Below, piece after piece: positions 47,301 through 55,737 of a stretch of DNA of 64,000 bases. This stretch comes from Pseudomonadales bacterium (lineage in GTDB: Bacteria > Pseudomonadota > Gammaproteobacteria > Pseudomonadales > Azotimanducaceae): NCBI GenBank assembly GCA_965208815.1, contig OZ242357.1, forward strand, positions 1,447,710 to 1,511,709, read 5' to 3'. A model generated the notes under the pieces. It saw only the letters and a list, made by a program, of their open reading frames with translations. It did no database searches and was not told the DNA's origin. Within the stretch, counting starts at the first letter, position 1; each line of letters begins with the position of its first letter. The position numbers and the translations under genes were made by a program.

Positions 47301-47802
47301 ACACCATGACCGGAACATCAATTGCGAGTAGATTCAGCAAGGAGTGAATTTGAAATGGTTCAGCAAACCCAAAACCGGCCAGACTCATGACCAATCCGAA
47401 TCCGTATGCCGACAGAATTAGAACAGCCGCAAAGATCCAAAGCAAAAAGGTATAGCCGAGTATCCGACCGGCAGAGTATTCGAAGTTTGAAACAGGTTTC
47501 GAATCGAGAACCTCGCCGACACGATACTTGGCTTGCTGTTGAGACGAGTCAAACACCATCAGTAGGGCAACCAGTTGAAACATCAAGAAAAAAGTTGGTT
47601 CTATGTTTCCCAACAGGTAGAACGGCGTGGCTGTAGATGGTGTATAAGGCGCAACAAAATGAAGCGACAAACATGCAAATGTGTAACCGACACCTGAAAC
47701 CAAAGTGATTACAAACACGGCTGTCCAAAAGCGTACGAGGCGAACGGCGGTTCGTGTCTCCGCGCCTGCAACGCTCAAGATGTTTCTCACTGACAGACCC
47801 AT
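44338..47802 (-). CDS. Large multi-pass membrane protein with an extracytoplasmic M1-aminopeptidase-like but apparently non-catalytic domain
   Basis: 1154 aa. The N-terminal roughly 300 aa contain many hydrophobic helices (ABC-2-permease-like). I saw no HExxH in the translation. Confidence 0.45.
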   Translation of the reverse strand: MGLSVRNILSVAGAETRTAVRLVRFWTAVFVITLVSGVGYTFACLSLHFVAPYTPSTATPFYLLGNIEPTFFLMFQLVALLMVFDSSQQQAKYRVGEVLDSKPVSNFEYSAGRILGYTFLLWIFAAVLILSAYGFGLVMSLAGFGFAEPFQIHSLLNLLAIDVPVMVLIWCAFAVFLSSVLRFRVAVAVVGIAAMFAWLLLLLDSPYSLRGLVSPSSNDVLFISDLLPQFPDWKTLAIRFATVVGAIGLTVAATLFHKRRDSSTPLSNILACTTTVVVCAGAFGFAVYGALSPGIRSNDWQLAHQEVNWKGGIDIREITGEVHIDPGKKLAIDLLYDMEVGEVQSNSLVFSFNPSMSISSIELDGEPADYRFESGLLLIALSNAESLVGQHMLRVSAEGVPDHRFAYFDGAIDYLNSNDVPTVAAPLLGIDGSIFNRSFVALMPGNHWYPTPGAVNADFGASQRGRDYFEVDLTVSLTRNTWTLVAMGLELDESDGSRTYKVTPENPIHEFGLFASNFVSGSLNVGELTFEMHLHKRHAKNLQMFLEKDSEFVAEAKKRIEWYKDKGIAISHNELALVEVPRKLRTIGGGWRMDSVNSLPGIFMMKEHGFPRARIDLALNRASRKVEDSQEQIEAQLAILQGFFDSAVMTESMWLNLPERFWSHKTTAQGPYAQSLDLIMQSLVVTLFNLHPRFSSIYATFFISALTRLNPDRTAWAADDSWESGDPGVLRNDLSMIGNYGSRASAWSYMEQVSLADLPSSSGYQGDLELMLLKSNEIARGLVLANGNESISAWIRKIKDNFAGRNYTLEDLIAVAEEHGVNVEPFLTDWLETSSLPGFKASTVKNIRINDDASGTPQWLASVEVRNSEQTPGVVVIEYFGTTNNEWGFPHFEESKPLIVGGESSKRINIVTPYQLTQANLNPTLSLNRQPWSLSVNTVSEDEQTDLELPPYIEDSTWRPEEMGIVVDDLSPGFQIFQTDPDYSVPLNIGPASWFREPLLQLDTDAGLPVNAYRWRSQRDMWSRASLANAHGDYRKTTAQQVKGNTFRTARFSTTLPEASLWKLEYHLPYHDEWFPQGREYKYNLVVANGDGSWNVELDSKEASLGWNVIGEFELEEGTVDVDLVGVSEDWRWRRIYADAIRWTRAVEPASDDS

Positions 47803-48198
47803 AGATGATTCCTACTCGCAGGGGGCTTGAGCTCAGCCTTGTTCATGCAATTCTTGTGCCATGATTCCGCAATTTTTGGCGGAAGATCACCGTTTTATCC
47901 TGTGAATTGAAGGGGAATTGCTACGAGCACAGAATTGTAGTGGTTCAAAGGCAAGAGGGGCGCGTTGATAAGGCTGTTTAACTCATGACTAGCGAGACAT
48001 CAGCTACCTCAAGCCTAACTGAGCTCATGTGCATTAGTTGTCTTCATCGCATCATCCGTAGGCTGGCAAAAACACTAGGCTTATATAGTTGCCTAAAATC
48101 TCGAGTCAAACCCATAAGTGAACAATCCGCTTAAAGTGATAGAAGTTGACGGTGCTCGTGTCTTCTTTCCACTTACTCATTGATAACCGGAGCCACCA

Positions 48199-48993
48199 AT
48201 GATCCTACAAAACTCGTTTCGAACCGCACTCGACGAAGGCAAACCGACGATGGGAACCCACTTCTTGTTTGCCGAACCTGATATAGCTGAAATGATTGGA
48301 GATACGGGCTTGTTCGACTACGCAGAATTTGTGGGTGAGTACTCGACGTTCGACATGTCAATGCTCTATCACCTTGCTAGGGCAGCTCAATGTGGCAATT
48401 TACCTTTAATGATCAAGCTGGATCAAGAAGGACAAGGGTTTTGGGCACAAGCGGCACTAGGCGCAGGTTTCAAGTCAGTTCTCTTTACCGACGTTCGAAC
48501 TCCCGAAGATGTAGAAATGTGCCACCGAGCAATTGCTCCAGATCAACCTGGAGTTCACGGTTTCATGGGCGTCAAACTCCGCCGACCAGCGTTGATGAGT
48601 TATGACACCGAACCATATGGTGAGGACCTAAATTCCATAGTCAAGGTAATCATGATTGAAAAAAGCGTGACGGTTGACAATATCGATTCAGTTCTTGACC
48701 GAGCCCGTACTCTTCAATTCGACATGACTCAATGGGGACCCGCTGACTTCGGCTTTTCTAAAGGACCAGGAGGCATAAGCGGGAGTGAAATCAGAGAGTA
48801 CGAAGAGCTGGTCATAAAGAAATCGATTGAATACAACGTGCCCCCACGAATCGAGATCGGAGAGGTCGAGCAAGCCCAACGCTACATCGACATGGGTGTG
48901 CGCCACTTTTGTATTGGGTGGGACCGGTTTATCTTCCGGCAAGCTCTCGGAAGACTGGGATCGGGTTTGAGAAAGGTCCTAGAAACAATCTAG
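48199..48993 (+). CDS. HpcH/HpaI aldolase / citrate-lyase-beta-like family protein
   Basis: 264 aa. The N-terminal FRTALDEGKPTMGTH... and the overall layout resemble HpaI-type aldolases. Confidence 0.55.
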   Translation: MILQNSFRTALDEGKPTMGTHFLFAEPDIAEMIGDTGLFDYAEFVGEYSTFDMSMLYHLARAAQCGNLPLMIKLDQEGQGFWAQAALGAGFKSVLFTDVRTPEDVEMCHRAIAPDQPGVHGFMGVKLRRPALMSYDTEPYGEDLNSIVKVIMIEKSVTVDNIDSVLDRARTLQFDMTQWGPADFGFSKGPGGISGSEIREYEELVIKKSIEYNVPPRIEIGEVEQAQRYIDMGVRHFCIGWDRFIFRQALGRLGSGLRKVLETI

Positions 48994-49032
48994 AAGTCCC
49001 GAACCTTCGGTACTTGAGGCTGAACCGCTAGT

Positions 49033-50052
49033 TCACCAGACCTTCTGCCAGGTTCGAGTTTCTTCCGACTGGTACATTGCTTTCGCTGTGCGGAGTTCAC
49101 CCATGGCGTATTCAGGAGAGGCTGCCAATGTTCGGTTGTCTAGTACCGCAGCAGCAAAATCTTCCAGTTCCGCGCCATAACTATCAACTTTGGGCGCAAA
49201 CGTACCCATGATCTCTCTTCCCTTTGGAGAGTCTTGGTTGTAGAGCATCAACCTGCCCTTTCTACCGCGTTCGAGAACAATCTCTCCCTCAGATCCTGTA
49301 ATGCGAAAGTCGGCTTCCGGACCAATTGCTCCCATAGTCAGAACAGCTTTGAATGTCGCTATAACGCCCGACTGAAACCTCATCAATGAGAGTCCAAAAG
49401 AGTCTGTCTCGCGGTGCGGTATGTGGCTTCCCGTCGATGCAATCACTTCATCGATTTCACCGAGCATGATTCGCATTGGACGGATCCAATGTGCCCCGCC
49501 ATCCATACAAACTCCTCCGCCCGCTTCAGCAAGACGAAATCGCCAAGGGATGGGATCGCTGGAATCAAACCGTTGTGGATCATAAAACGTTCCATGGGCA
49601 GTGAGCACCTCGCCGATGGCACCCAACTCGATCAACTCGCGAGTCTTGTGTGCATCCCACCAATATTGCGCTTGTTCTGCAACCATGAAAACTACGTCAG
49701 AGTTTTTTCCGGCTTTAAGGATGCGTTCAGCCGAGGGTATGTCAGTTGAAATTGGCTTTTCAAGAAGTGTGTGTTTACCTGCATTGAACGAGATATAGCA
49801 TGCCTCCTCATGAGCATCATGTGGGAGCATCAAGTCAACGGCATCAAAGGACCCCTTCTCAATTCCTTCCTCTAAAGAACTGAACGCTTCACTATTAGTT
49901 TGTTGAGCAAATGCTTCGGCTCTTGTCAAGTCAGAATCAATACACGCTTTGACTTGAATTCTTGTTGCAATTCGACGGATTCCGTCTAAGTGTGCACGTG
50001 CGATTTGTCCACAGCCAACGAGCGCAAGGCTGAGTGTCTCTGATTTGACCAT
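49033..50052 (-). CDS. Gfo/Idh/MocA family oxidoreductase
   Basis: LALVGCGQIARAHL Rossmann motif and an EKP motif (LLEKPIS). Confidence 0.8.
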   Translation of the reverse strand: MVKSETLSLALVGCGQIARAHLDGIRRIATRIQVKACIDSDLTRAEAFAQQTNSEAFSSLEEGIEKGSFDAVDLMLPHDAHEEACYISFNAGKHTLLEKPISTDIPSAERILKAGKNSDVVFMVAEQAQYWWDAHKTRELIELGAIGEVLTAHGTFYDPQRFDSSDPIPWRFRLAEAGGGVCMDGGAHWIRPMRIMLGEIDEVIASTGSHIPHRETDSFGLSLMRFQSGVIATFKAVLTMGAIGPEADFRITGSEGEIVLERGRKGRLMLYNQDSPKGREIMGTFAPKVDSYGAELEDFAAAVLDNRTLAASPEYAMGELRTAKAMYQSEETRTWQKVW

Positions 50053-50077
50053 CGACTTGTGGCTTCCGTAACCGGGC

Positions 50078-51283
50078 TTAGATTCCTATGTCTTGTAAGT
50101 TGTAATCAGTGAGTTCAGCCATTCGGTTCGAATCCCAAGTGTAGTCTGAGGCTCGGTCTCGAAGTGGCGCGTATTCGTACGGAGTCTCATCGGGATACCG
50201 CTTTCTTCGCGCGTTGATCCCAAACATGATCATGCGTGATCTTGATCGAATGTAATCCTCAGTGTAAGTCGTGATTGGATTGTGAACCCCTCCGCTCTTG
50301 ACGTTCAACACTGAACTGCGTCGATGGAATCCAAAATTCAAGGTGACTCGATACTTCGTGCTAGTGTTGCAGAAGGAACCGTGAATCGCTTGCCGATTCG
50401 TTATCACGACATCTCCGGGATTGCAAATAAGTGGCACCGCTTTCGGCAACCTGTCGGATCCTTCCTTCTCGATCATCGCCTTGATGTCAGCTTTTCCTTG
50501 TCGATGCGAACCTGGTACTACCCAAAGCCCATTCTCGGCGTCGCATCCGTAGAGTTGAGCCATGAAATTAAAACCGTGGGTATTCTCGTCTAGAGTTGGC
50601 TTAGTCCAATGGGTCCATCCGTCTTGGTGCCAAGCTACAGAACCACCAAGGCCAGGATGTTTGATCCAAAGAACTTCGTTGAAAGGCGTGAAATCCGGAC
50701 CGTGAATAGCGGCGGCTACACGTAGCAAATCGGGGTGCCCATAGACGCGAAGATAGGCTTCAGAGAACTGTAATGCGCCAGAAATGACCTGAACAATTTC
50801 CTTTGGAGCATCGGAGGGAGGCTCCAATTGAAGCATTTGGGACGGGTGCCTTCCATGAGCAGCTTGGGTTCCACCCACTGGGTCTGACAATGGTTTGACC
50901 CAACTAATTGACCTAGCTTTGCAATTGCTACCCAAAGCCGGTCGGCCGAATCGGTCGAGTTTCGAATCGCGCGACACTGGAACGCGACGAAGAATTTCCG
51001 CCACGTCGTTCTCGATGTCTGTGAGCTCTTGCTCCTTTAGTACGTTCTCAAAGACATAGAACCCACACTCCAAATAGGAGCCAGCAATTTGAGGATGTAG
51101 TTTGCCCTCGTCTGTAAATCGAATGGGACCTCGATTTCCCAGTTTCATCGCACGCTCTGTACCTATGCGACGATACTCAATCATTGCCTTTTCAGCACTT
51201 CCGTAGTCGTGCCTAGCAGATTCTGAGTTTGGTAACTTTGCATGTGCCATAGGAGTTGGTTCCTCGTTTAACTCTAGTTCCAT
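50078..51283 (-). CDS. PhyH-family Fe(II)/2OG dioxygenase
   Basis: WHQDGW...H facial-triad-like motifs. The start ATG overlaps the upstream stop by 1 nt (TGATG), suggesting translational coupling with the sulfatase. Confidence 0.65.
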   Translation of the reverse strand: MELELNEEPTPMAHAKLPNSESARHDYGSAEKAMIEYRRIGTERAMKLGNRGPIRFTDEGKLHPQIAGSYLECGFYVFENVLKEQELTDIENDVAEILRRVPVSRDSKLDRFGRPALGSNCKARSISWVKPLSDPVGGTQAAHGRHPSQMLQLEPPSDAPKEIVQVISGALQFSEAYLRVYGHPDLLRVAAAIHGPDFTPFNEVLWIKHPGLGGSVAWHQDGWTHWTKPTLDENTHGFNFMAQLYGCDAENGLWVVPGSHRQGKADIKAMIEKEGSDRLPKAVPLICNPGDVVITNRQAIHGSFCNTSTKYRVTLNFGFHRRSSVLNVKSGGVHNPITTYTEDYIRSRSRMIMFGINARRKRYPDETPYEYAPLRDRASDYTWDSNRMAELTDYNLQDIGI

Positions 51284-52734
51284 CAGTCAGGGAGTCCAAG
51301 GCGTTCGAATTGTTCAGATGGCGCATCATTCCACTTCATTGCTTCGATCAAGCCCCACGCTAATCGTTTTTCTTCCCGTTCGTCTTTGACGGGACTGACC
51401 TGTCCGGGATCTGAAGAGAGGTCAAACATCTGAGTCTTGAAAAGGTTTTCGATCTCACGCGACCAAACTGCCGGTATACGCATTACAGGACAGCCTTTTG
51501 TAAACGAAAGCGGTTCATTCCACTGCATATTCGACAGTTCCCTGGGACTGAAAGGACTTCTCATATGTGTGGGCATCAGAGTGTAGTGACTTAAGGGAGC
51601 GTTGCCATTCTCTGGTCCACGCATGTACACATATCGTCCATCGGTTATGTTGACGTGAGCTCCAAACATACCGAACATGGCGAAGTCCCTGACGGACTGG
51701 TCTGTGTCTGAAAGTTCGACAAGATCAGATCCCTGCATATCGCGTGGTTGATCAATTCCGAACCATCCGAGGAGGGTCGGTCCAATGTCAATGGTTTGCG
51801 TGAGACTGCTGCGCCGCACCCCTGCTCGCTTTGACCTTGGATCCCAGATAAACAACGGAATGTGTGCCGTCTCGTTGTACCAAGGCATTCTCGCCTTTCC
51901 CCACCAATCGTGTTCGCCGAGCATAAAACCGTGATCGGTCACAACCATAAGCATGGTATCGTGCCACATGTCGTGTTCGTCCATGAAGTCAATGACCGTA
52001 CCGAGATAGTGATCGCACTGTGTCAGCAAAGCCGCATACTGAAATCTCAGATACTCGACTGCGTCGGGATCCTCAGTAACTCGTTCGTACTTGGGCCAGT
52101 CGAAGTGCGGACCGTCCCAGTCGTAGTTGTACTTGTCCTTCCATTGCTTCAGAGTGAAGAATGGCTCGTGAGGATCGAAAGTCTCGATTTGCAGGAACCA
52201 ATTGTCCTCTGACCAGTTGTTGTCCAAGAACAGCTTTCCTTCGGCGAAGGTTCTTGCCTGTGGAGTTAACGTCTCTTCTTGCATGTACTTGCGGTTTACT
52301 TGATCCTGTCTTGCCACTCGACCTAGATGATCTATGTAAGGTGGGTCTGCGACCTCACCCCTCCACGCATCTCCTTCCTGACCACGAACATTGACCCAAC
52401 TTGAGTATCGATGGTGGTAGGTCGCACCCCCATCTTCCCAATAGTGGTAGTGATCCGAAACCAAGTGAGAGTAGATTCCGTTTTGGCGCATTAGGGTGAA
52501 TGTCGAGTCGTCAAAGGGTTCGAATGGACCCCAGGATCGGTGAAGAAAGTTGTGGCGTCCCGTGTGGAGTTCTCTGCGTGCTGGAATGCAGGGCATGCTT
52601 CCTATGTAGTGGTTATCGAATACAACGCACCGCTCTCCCAGACGAACGAAGTTGGGAGCGAGAGTCCAGTCACATCCGTAGTTTGGCAGCATGTGCCTAT
52701 TGAGTGAGTCATACATGACCATGATGGCTTTCAT
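51283..52734 (-). CDS. Sulfatase (formylglycine-dependent type), no obvious signal peptide
   Basis: The CIPAR (CxPxR) motif in ...SMPCIPARRELHTGR... is the formylglycine target site. The 483-aa length is sulfatase-like. Confidence 0.8.
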   Translation of the reverse strand: MKAIMVMYDSLNRHMLPNYGCDWTLAPNFVRLGERCVVFDNHYIGSMPCIPARRELHTGRHNFLHRSWGPFEPFDDSTFTLMRQNGIYSHLVSDHYHYWEDGGATYHHRYSSWVNVRGQEGDAWRGEVADPPYIDHLGRVARQDQVNRKYMQEETLTPQARTFAEGKLFLDNNWSEDNWFLQIETFDPHEPFFTLKQWKDKYNYDWDGPHFDWPKYERVTEDPDAVEYLRFQYAALLTQCDHYLGTVIDFMDEHDMWHDTMLMVVTDHGFMLGEHDWWGKARMPWYNETAHIPLFIWDPRSKRAGVRRSSLTQTIDIGPTLLGWFGIDQPRDMQGSDLVELSDTDQSVRDFAMFGMFGAHVNITDGRYVYMRGPENGNAPLSHYTLMPTHMRSPFSPRELSNMQWNEPLSFTKGCPVMRIPAVWSREIENLFKTQMFDLSSDPGQVSPVKDEREEKRLAWGLIEAMKWNDAPSEQFERLGLPD

Positions 52735-52765
52735 TTTCCGACCTCCCGGTTTTCCCTAAGAACTT

Positions 52766-53872
52766 TCACTGAGCACTTGCTTCCACCCGACTATCCCCTT
52801 TCTGACGTTTCGTCTCAGGCACGAGAGCTTGGCCTTTGGCACGCTTAGCCTCTATCTCTTCTCGAGTCTTTTTCATCATGATGAAACGCTCTGGAGTCGC
52901 TGGATGAGTCAGTGTAAATCCTGTCCTTCGAATGTCCATTGATGCCATTCTGCGCCAAAACCTCTCAATGTCGTCCAAATCCACATCGGCATTTGCCAAG
53001 TAGTACATGGCCAAATAGTCCGCTTCACGTTCATATCTCTTGGACATGGCCCGCACACCAAAATAAGAGAAAACTCCACCTGCCCAAACACGACCATATC
53101 CCGCAAGAGCAATGTCGAAAATCAATCCAATTCCAGCTCCCGCTCGAGCTTTGGGTACGTGGCTAGCAATGTTGTGTGCGAGCTCATGGCCTATTACGAA
53201 CTGAATCTCCTCAGGACTTTCTGCAAAGACAATCAGTCCATTGTTAATTGTGATTGATCTTCCATTCGCAGTCGCATTGATCGAGCTATTGCTAGTAACG
53301 CGGATGTTGGAACGACAGGTCAAGACCGACTCAAGCTCTAATTCGATGCTCTCCGAGCCGCGGGCAACCACTATCTTGATGGGTTTGCCGTCTGACTGAG
53401 CAAGCGTCTTACGCATTAGCTTTCGGGCTTGCTTGCTATTAGTAACCGCTTGGTCGCCAATTCCCACTATTCGGTCTCCAAGTTGGAGTGGAGAGTCTCC
53501 AGCAGGCGAATCTTTTGCTATACCCCAGATTTCTGATCGCTTACCAACAATAGCCGTAGAGCCGCTTCGCATACCCATAAGAGAATTTGGAACACGTTCC
53601 TCGTGTGCAATCCAAATTCCATTCCGATACTCGACCAGATTTCGACAGTAAGGAGTGTTATTTGCAACGATGGGCCAAGCAAGATCTGCAATTAGTTGCG
53701 TGTTGTTGCGCAGCGTTTGCTCAGCCAGATCAAGTTGAGATTTTGCTTCTTCCTCCAATTCTGAAGGAAGTACCAGAGGCACTCGCGACGATATGGTGCA
53801 ACCCGTTACAAGCGCCACAAGACCAAAGACGAGTACGGGCAAAGCCAAGTGGGTGCGCAATTGACAAAACAT
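52766..53872 (-). CDS. M48-family zinc metalloprotease lipoprotein with a PDZ-like insert
   Basis: HELAHN zinc motif. I chose the ATG at 53872, which gives MFCQLRTHLALPVLVFGLVALVTGC (lipobox). A PDZ-like LQLGDRIVGIGDQAV segment is present. Confidence 0.7.
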   Translation of the reverse strand: MFCQLRTHLALPVLVFGLVALVTGCTISSRVPLVLPSELEEEAKSQLDLAEQTLRNNTQLIADLAWPIVANNTPYCRNLVEYRNGIWIAHEERVPNSLMGMRSGSTAIVGKRSEIWGIAKDSPAGDSPLQLGDRIVGIGDQAVTNSKQARKLMRKTLAQSDGKPIKIVVARGSESIELELESVLTCRSNIRVTSNSSINATANGRSITINNGLIVFAESPEEIQFVIGHELAHNIASHVPKARAGAGIGLIFDIALAGYGRVWAGGVFSYFGVRAMSKRYEREADYLAMYYLANADVDLDDIERFWRRMASMDIRRTGFTLTHPATPERFIMMKKTREEIEAKRAKGQALVPETKRQKGDSRVEASAQ

Positions 53873-53967
53873 ACTACGCGAGAACTCGTTTCTAAACTTT
53901 TGCAAATAGACGTTGTGTTTGAACTTCGCTGCCTATTATCTATGTTCGAAGGCTCATGATTGTCCAC

Positions 53968-55667
53968 CCTTGATATCCGGTTAAGGTCTGCAGAGGTCGG
54001 ATTCTAGATCATTCCATCCAACGCCAGATAGTTTTTGCTCTTGAATGGGACGAGGATGCCGCCACGAACGCCGAGTGTGCGCGAGAGTCGACGGGGAACC
54101 GCATATTTCGGCGCGACTGCGCGTTGGTGCGCTGGTTTTGCGAGTTTTGGGACGAACCGATTCGCGGAAGAGCGGAACTCTTCGCCGGTACGTGGAACAT
54201 GTCGCCGCTACGTCAGTCTCGATGTCGCCCGACGCGGCGCTCAGCTTGCGACGGTCTCCCCGAAGCTGTCCGCGGCATGAAGCAGCCAGGCCAGCTCCCA
54301 GTTCGAGCGCGCGAAGTTCAGATACAGACGACGGCCGGTGCGCACCAGCACGGCCACCGTGCGCATCAGGTGCCGGATGACGTAGCCGAGGCTGCGGCTC
54401 CGCGCCTCCTTGGGCAGCATGCGGTGCTGGACGGCCCGCACCAGCAGCTGGGCGATCAGGGCGCACTCGTAGTACGCCTGGTTCGCCCGGAACCCCATGC
54501 AGCGGGGATGGTGCAGGTTCATCTCCCGCAGCGGGCCCTTGAACGCGTTCTCCTGCCCCTGCTTGCCGCGATGGCGGAGCACCAGCTCCTTCAGGTCGAG
54601 ATCGTCGCGCGACACCAGGATCACGGTGTGCCGCGGAAACAGCAGCCGCTCCCCGCCGACCACTTCCTGGCGCACCACCACGTAGGTCTGCATGTTGCGC
54701 CACCGCGTCGGGCGATGCGTGATCAGCGCCGCCCTCTCGTGCTCGTTGATCTCCTCCCAGTCCGCGTCCTCCAGCACCTGTGCCGCCGCGTCCAGGATCG
54801 GTCGCTTGGCGACCTCCGAGGTCACGCTGACCGAGTAGTCCCAGCCCCGGTCCTCGAAGTGCTCCACCACGTCCCTGCGGTAGTAGGCGTTGTCCATGCG
54901 CCCCCACACCGGAACGCCCGCCAGCAGCGGCTCGACGTCGCGCTCCACCTGCTCGAGCCAGCCGTGGGCGGGATGGGTGTTGCCCGGCCGAAGACGACCG
55001 CTCACCTGGACGTGCCCGACGAAGGCGGCCGCCAGCTGGTAGCCGGTCTCCCCCTGGTAGTCCCTGGCCGCCCCCTCGAAGCGTCCGCCCCGCACCTCGA
55101 TCTGCGTGGAGTCCAGAAACAGCGGCACGTAGCCCAGCTCGTCGAGAAAGTGCCGCGCCATCCCCGGAACCACCTCCTGCGCCATCTTGCGGCCCACCGC
55201 CCGCAGCGCGGCGACGTCCGTATCCTCGAAGCGGGCCAGATGCTCCCCCACCCGGCGAGGGCTCGGACGCTCCGTGAGACCCAGCAGCTCGCACGCCGTC
55301 CGGTCCCATCCCAGCACCTCCAGATCCGACAGGGCACCGTTCCCCAGGGCCAGCGAGGCGATCAGCGACCACGTCCTCTCGGCGTCCGGAACCCCCCGTC
55401 GCCGTCGCTTCAGAGAGCGCAGACCCGAGAGCTCGCGAAACAGATCCAGTCGACGCGCCATGCGCGAAAGAAAGCACAGTCCCCCCGATCCCGTGAGATG
55501 GTGATTGCTGAAATCGACCTCGACGCGACGGGGATTTGTTATCATGCTCATACGCCTCCGGTGCGCACCTGACAGGTGAGTTGTTTGTGTAACGCTATTT
55601 TAGCGAAACGACCTGTTATGAGCGCGCCGGATTTTCTTTGGCAATTTCGCTTAACCGGATATCAAGG
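53968..55667 (-). mobile_element. IS1380-family insertion sequence, copy 2 (1700 bp), no flanking direct repeat
   Basis: Same IRs as copy 1 and roughly a dozen substitutions by eye. The flanking 9-mers attgtccac and cccaattac differ. Confidence 0.9.
54241..55551 (-). CDS. IS1380-family DDE transposase
   Basis: 436 aa, intact, with a few substitutions relative to copy 1. Confidence 0.9.
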   Translation of the reverse strand: MSMITNPRRVEVDFSNHHLTGSGGLCFLSRMARRLDLFRELSGLRSLKRRRRGVPDAERTWSLIASLALGNGALSDLEVLGWDRTACELLGLTERPSPRRVGEHLARFEDTDVAALRAVGRKMAQEVVPGMARHFLDELGYVPLFLDSTQIEVRGGRFEGAARDYQGETGYQLAAAFVGHVQVSGRLRPGNTHPAHGWLEQVERDVEPLLAGVPVWGRMDNAYYRRDVVEHFEDRGWDYSVSVTSEVAKRPILDAAAQVLEDADWEEINEHERAALITHRPTRWRNMQTYVVVRQEVVGGERLLFPRHTVILVSRDDLDLKELVLRHRGKQGQENAFKGPLREMNLHHPRCMGFRANQAYYECALIAQLLVRAVQHRMLPKEARSRSLGYVIRHLMRTVAVLVRTGRRLYLNFARSNWELAWLLHAADSFGETVAS

Positions 55668-55672
55668 CCCAA

Positions 55673-55706
55673 TTACAAACAGTCCACGCTATAGTATAGA
55701 ATGTAC
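55673..55706 (+). promoter_or_regulatory. Candidate promoter and conserved 5' block of the TlpA-like paralogs
   Basis: ttacaa-18 nt-tagaat. The block cacgctata(gtata)gaatgtac recurs at 58265-58281 upstream of the second paralog. Confidence 0.3.
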
Positions 55707-55737
55707 GCTCCAAATTACAGCTGAACACACCACTTTC

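Noticed and set aside
1214-55667. The two direct IS1380 copies might form a 54-kb composite transposon.
   Set aside because: The outer flanks (cttcgaatg to the left of copy 1, cccaattac to the right of copy 2) do not match. Copy 1 has its own complete TSD, so it inserted independently.
55576-55737. An N-terminal extension of the first TlpA-like ORF (MSCLCNAILAKRPV...).
   Set aside because: The extension begins inside the IS1380 right end. The paralog at 58304 starts at the equivalent MK..L lipoprotein signal, so 55738 is the real start.
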